Origin: a virus
Strand: one strand, 5' to 3'
Virus genome (UHGV): UHGV-0140470
Length of the DNA: 33,954 nucleotides
In this document: positions 32,939 to 33,954 of the stretch, piece by piece
Numbering within the stretch: the first letter of the stretch is position 1
How the letters are laid out: each line of letters begins with the position of its first letter
Position numbers and translations under genes: made by a program
Notes under the pieces: generated by a model
The model's database searches: none
What the model saw: only the letters and a program-made list of their open reading frames with translations
What the model was told of the DNA's origin: nothing

Positions 32939-33890
32939 TTATTTTTTCTTTGTTTTGGCGTCAGCTATGAATGCATATATAGACGCCGTGCAAAAAAGTA
33001 TTATAAAAACATAAAATGAAAAAACGCCGAATTTATAGGAAAAACGTTCTTTTCGTTCCGGAGAAAATCTGGCAAAAAGCCGGCGGTCTATTTCTTCGCG
33101 TTTTTTTTCATAGTCTTTGTCTTTCGGGTCAAGAAGAAATCCCCCCTTGAACAGCTCTACGCCGCCGTCGTGAAAACCCTGATAAAAATTTCCGACAGCT
33201 GAAGTGTTGTCAGAAAATGCTTCTTCTATATTCCGAAGAATCGCGGCTCTGTCCAAATCGTCATTCTTTTTTTGTGGTTTTTGTTCCTGTTTTTTCGGCG
33301 TTTCTTCAAAAAAACGGTCCCAGACTTTCGCAATTTCCTCGCTATGTCTTTTTTCGTCTTCTTCCTTTTTTGCCTGTTTTTCCAAAATGTCGGTAATCAG
33401 CTCTGCGGGACAGTAATTGTTTATATATTCTTCCGTCTTTTGTTTCTTTTTGATGTTCGCGGCAATAAGGCGCGCAAGTGTCTCACATTCCTCTAACGGT
33501 ATTTTCGGCGTCGGACGGCGGAGCGGTTCTTTCTCTAAAAAAAACGGAATGAAGCCCGTGCTTTTTTATGGGCGATCCTTTCGTATGTTTCGATAAAAGA
33601 GAACGCTGACTGCAATATATTACCAGATTTAACATTTTTTCTTTCGGGAAGTCTTTCATGTTGGCTTTCGGATTTATAACGGCGCGCATATCTTGCAACG
33701 TAAAATAATCCGGCATGTTTTCGCATGAACACATACAAAATTTTTCTTTGTCAACGTATGCGCCGATGTCGTATTTACCGGGGTTTTCCATGCATCCCAT
33801 AAAACAGATTCGGGCGTCCCATTCGATGTTCGCTCCAAACGCCGAAGGGCATAACATCATAACGGCAATAAAGGTTTTGAGTATGTTCAT
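32939..33890 (-). pseudogene. Exported, C-terminally anchored protein containing copies of the giant ejection protein N-terminus; split by a 1-nt frameshift (316 aa if fused)
   Basis: ATG 33890 with GGGGAG SD and signal peptide; second frame open 33565-32939 with no good start; removing one base (e.g. T8 at 33537-33544) fuses them; C-terminal TM followed by KTKKK. Confidence 0.7.
33025..33262 (-). repeat. Inverted-orientation copies of two blocks of the giant gene
   Basis: 33168-33262 = 20757-20851 (91/95); 33025-33077 = 21029-21081 (51/53). Confidence 0.97.
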
Positions 33891-33912
33891 TCTGCTCCCC
33901 TTTGAAAAATCC

Positions 33913-33941
33913 ATTTAATCCTTTGATGGAAAAAGAGTCAA
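33913..33941 (-). promoter_or_regulatory. Promoter for the exported/decoy gene
   Basis: TTGACT-17-TTAAAT. Confidence 0.55.
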
Positions 33942-33954
33942 CATTCAACGATTT

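Larger units (their letters stand above)
1..33954. mobile_element. Temperate phage genome (podovirus-like, T7/BPP-1-type structural module), probably complete
   Basis: Integrase, repressor/cro, replication, terminase, portal, capsid, tail, ejection and lysis genes are all present in a coherent order; no host housekeeping genes seen. Confidence 0.93.

Noticed and set aside
20757..33262. Diversity-generating retroelement TR/VR pair or invertible segment
   Set aside because: No reverse transcriptase or invertase gene is present. The mismatches are not adenine-specific and are mostly synonymous.
33940..33954. AACATTC / GAATGTT (8-14) inverted repeat across the end-start junction as proof of circularity
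   Set aside because: Only 7 bp in AT-rich DNA; could be chance.

Overview
The window is essentially one ~34 kb temperate podovirus-type phage genome with T7/BPP-1-like virion genes. The host is probably a Gram-negative alphaproteobacterium (inferred from the spanins, Cro type and DUF6456-like regulator). Order: att core (3' half of tRNA-Lys, apparently in attP configuration); leftward C4-antisense/Bro-N operon, integrase and repressor; rightward cro, CII-like HTH, primase, iteron origin, TerS, helicase, late regulator, TerL, portal, scaffold, capsid, tail tube, three internal/ejection proteins (one a ~2480-aa polyvalent protein), tail fibres and lysis cassette; then an AT-rich module with an Abi_2/AbiF gene. 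The most striking pattern is repeated self-mimicry. (1) A signal-peptide, membrane-anchored protein carries near-exact copies of the N-terminus of the phage's own giant ejection protein, with almost only synonymous differences; it is a candidate decoy superinfection-exclusion factor. (2) Two mini-proteins resemble the repressor's C-terminal helices. (3) The Bro-N protein ends in a homolog of the helicase C-terminal domain. Other points: a stand-alone NrdD glycyl-radical domain inside the lysis cassette, a structured RNA in front of abiF, a 76-bp repeat bracketing the accessory/att module, and several single-base lesions in regulatory genes. All family assignments are motif recognition by eye; no database search was run.
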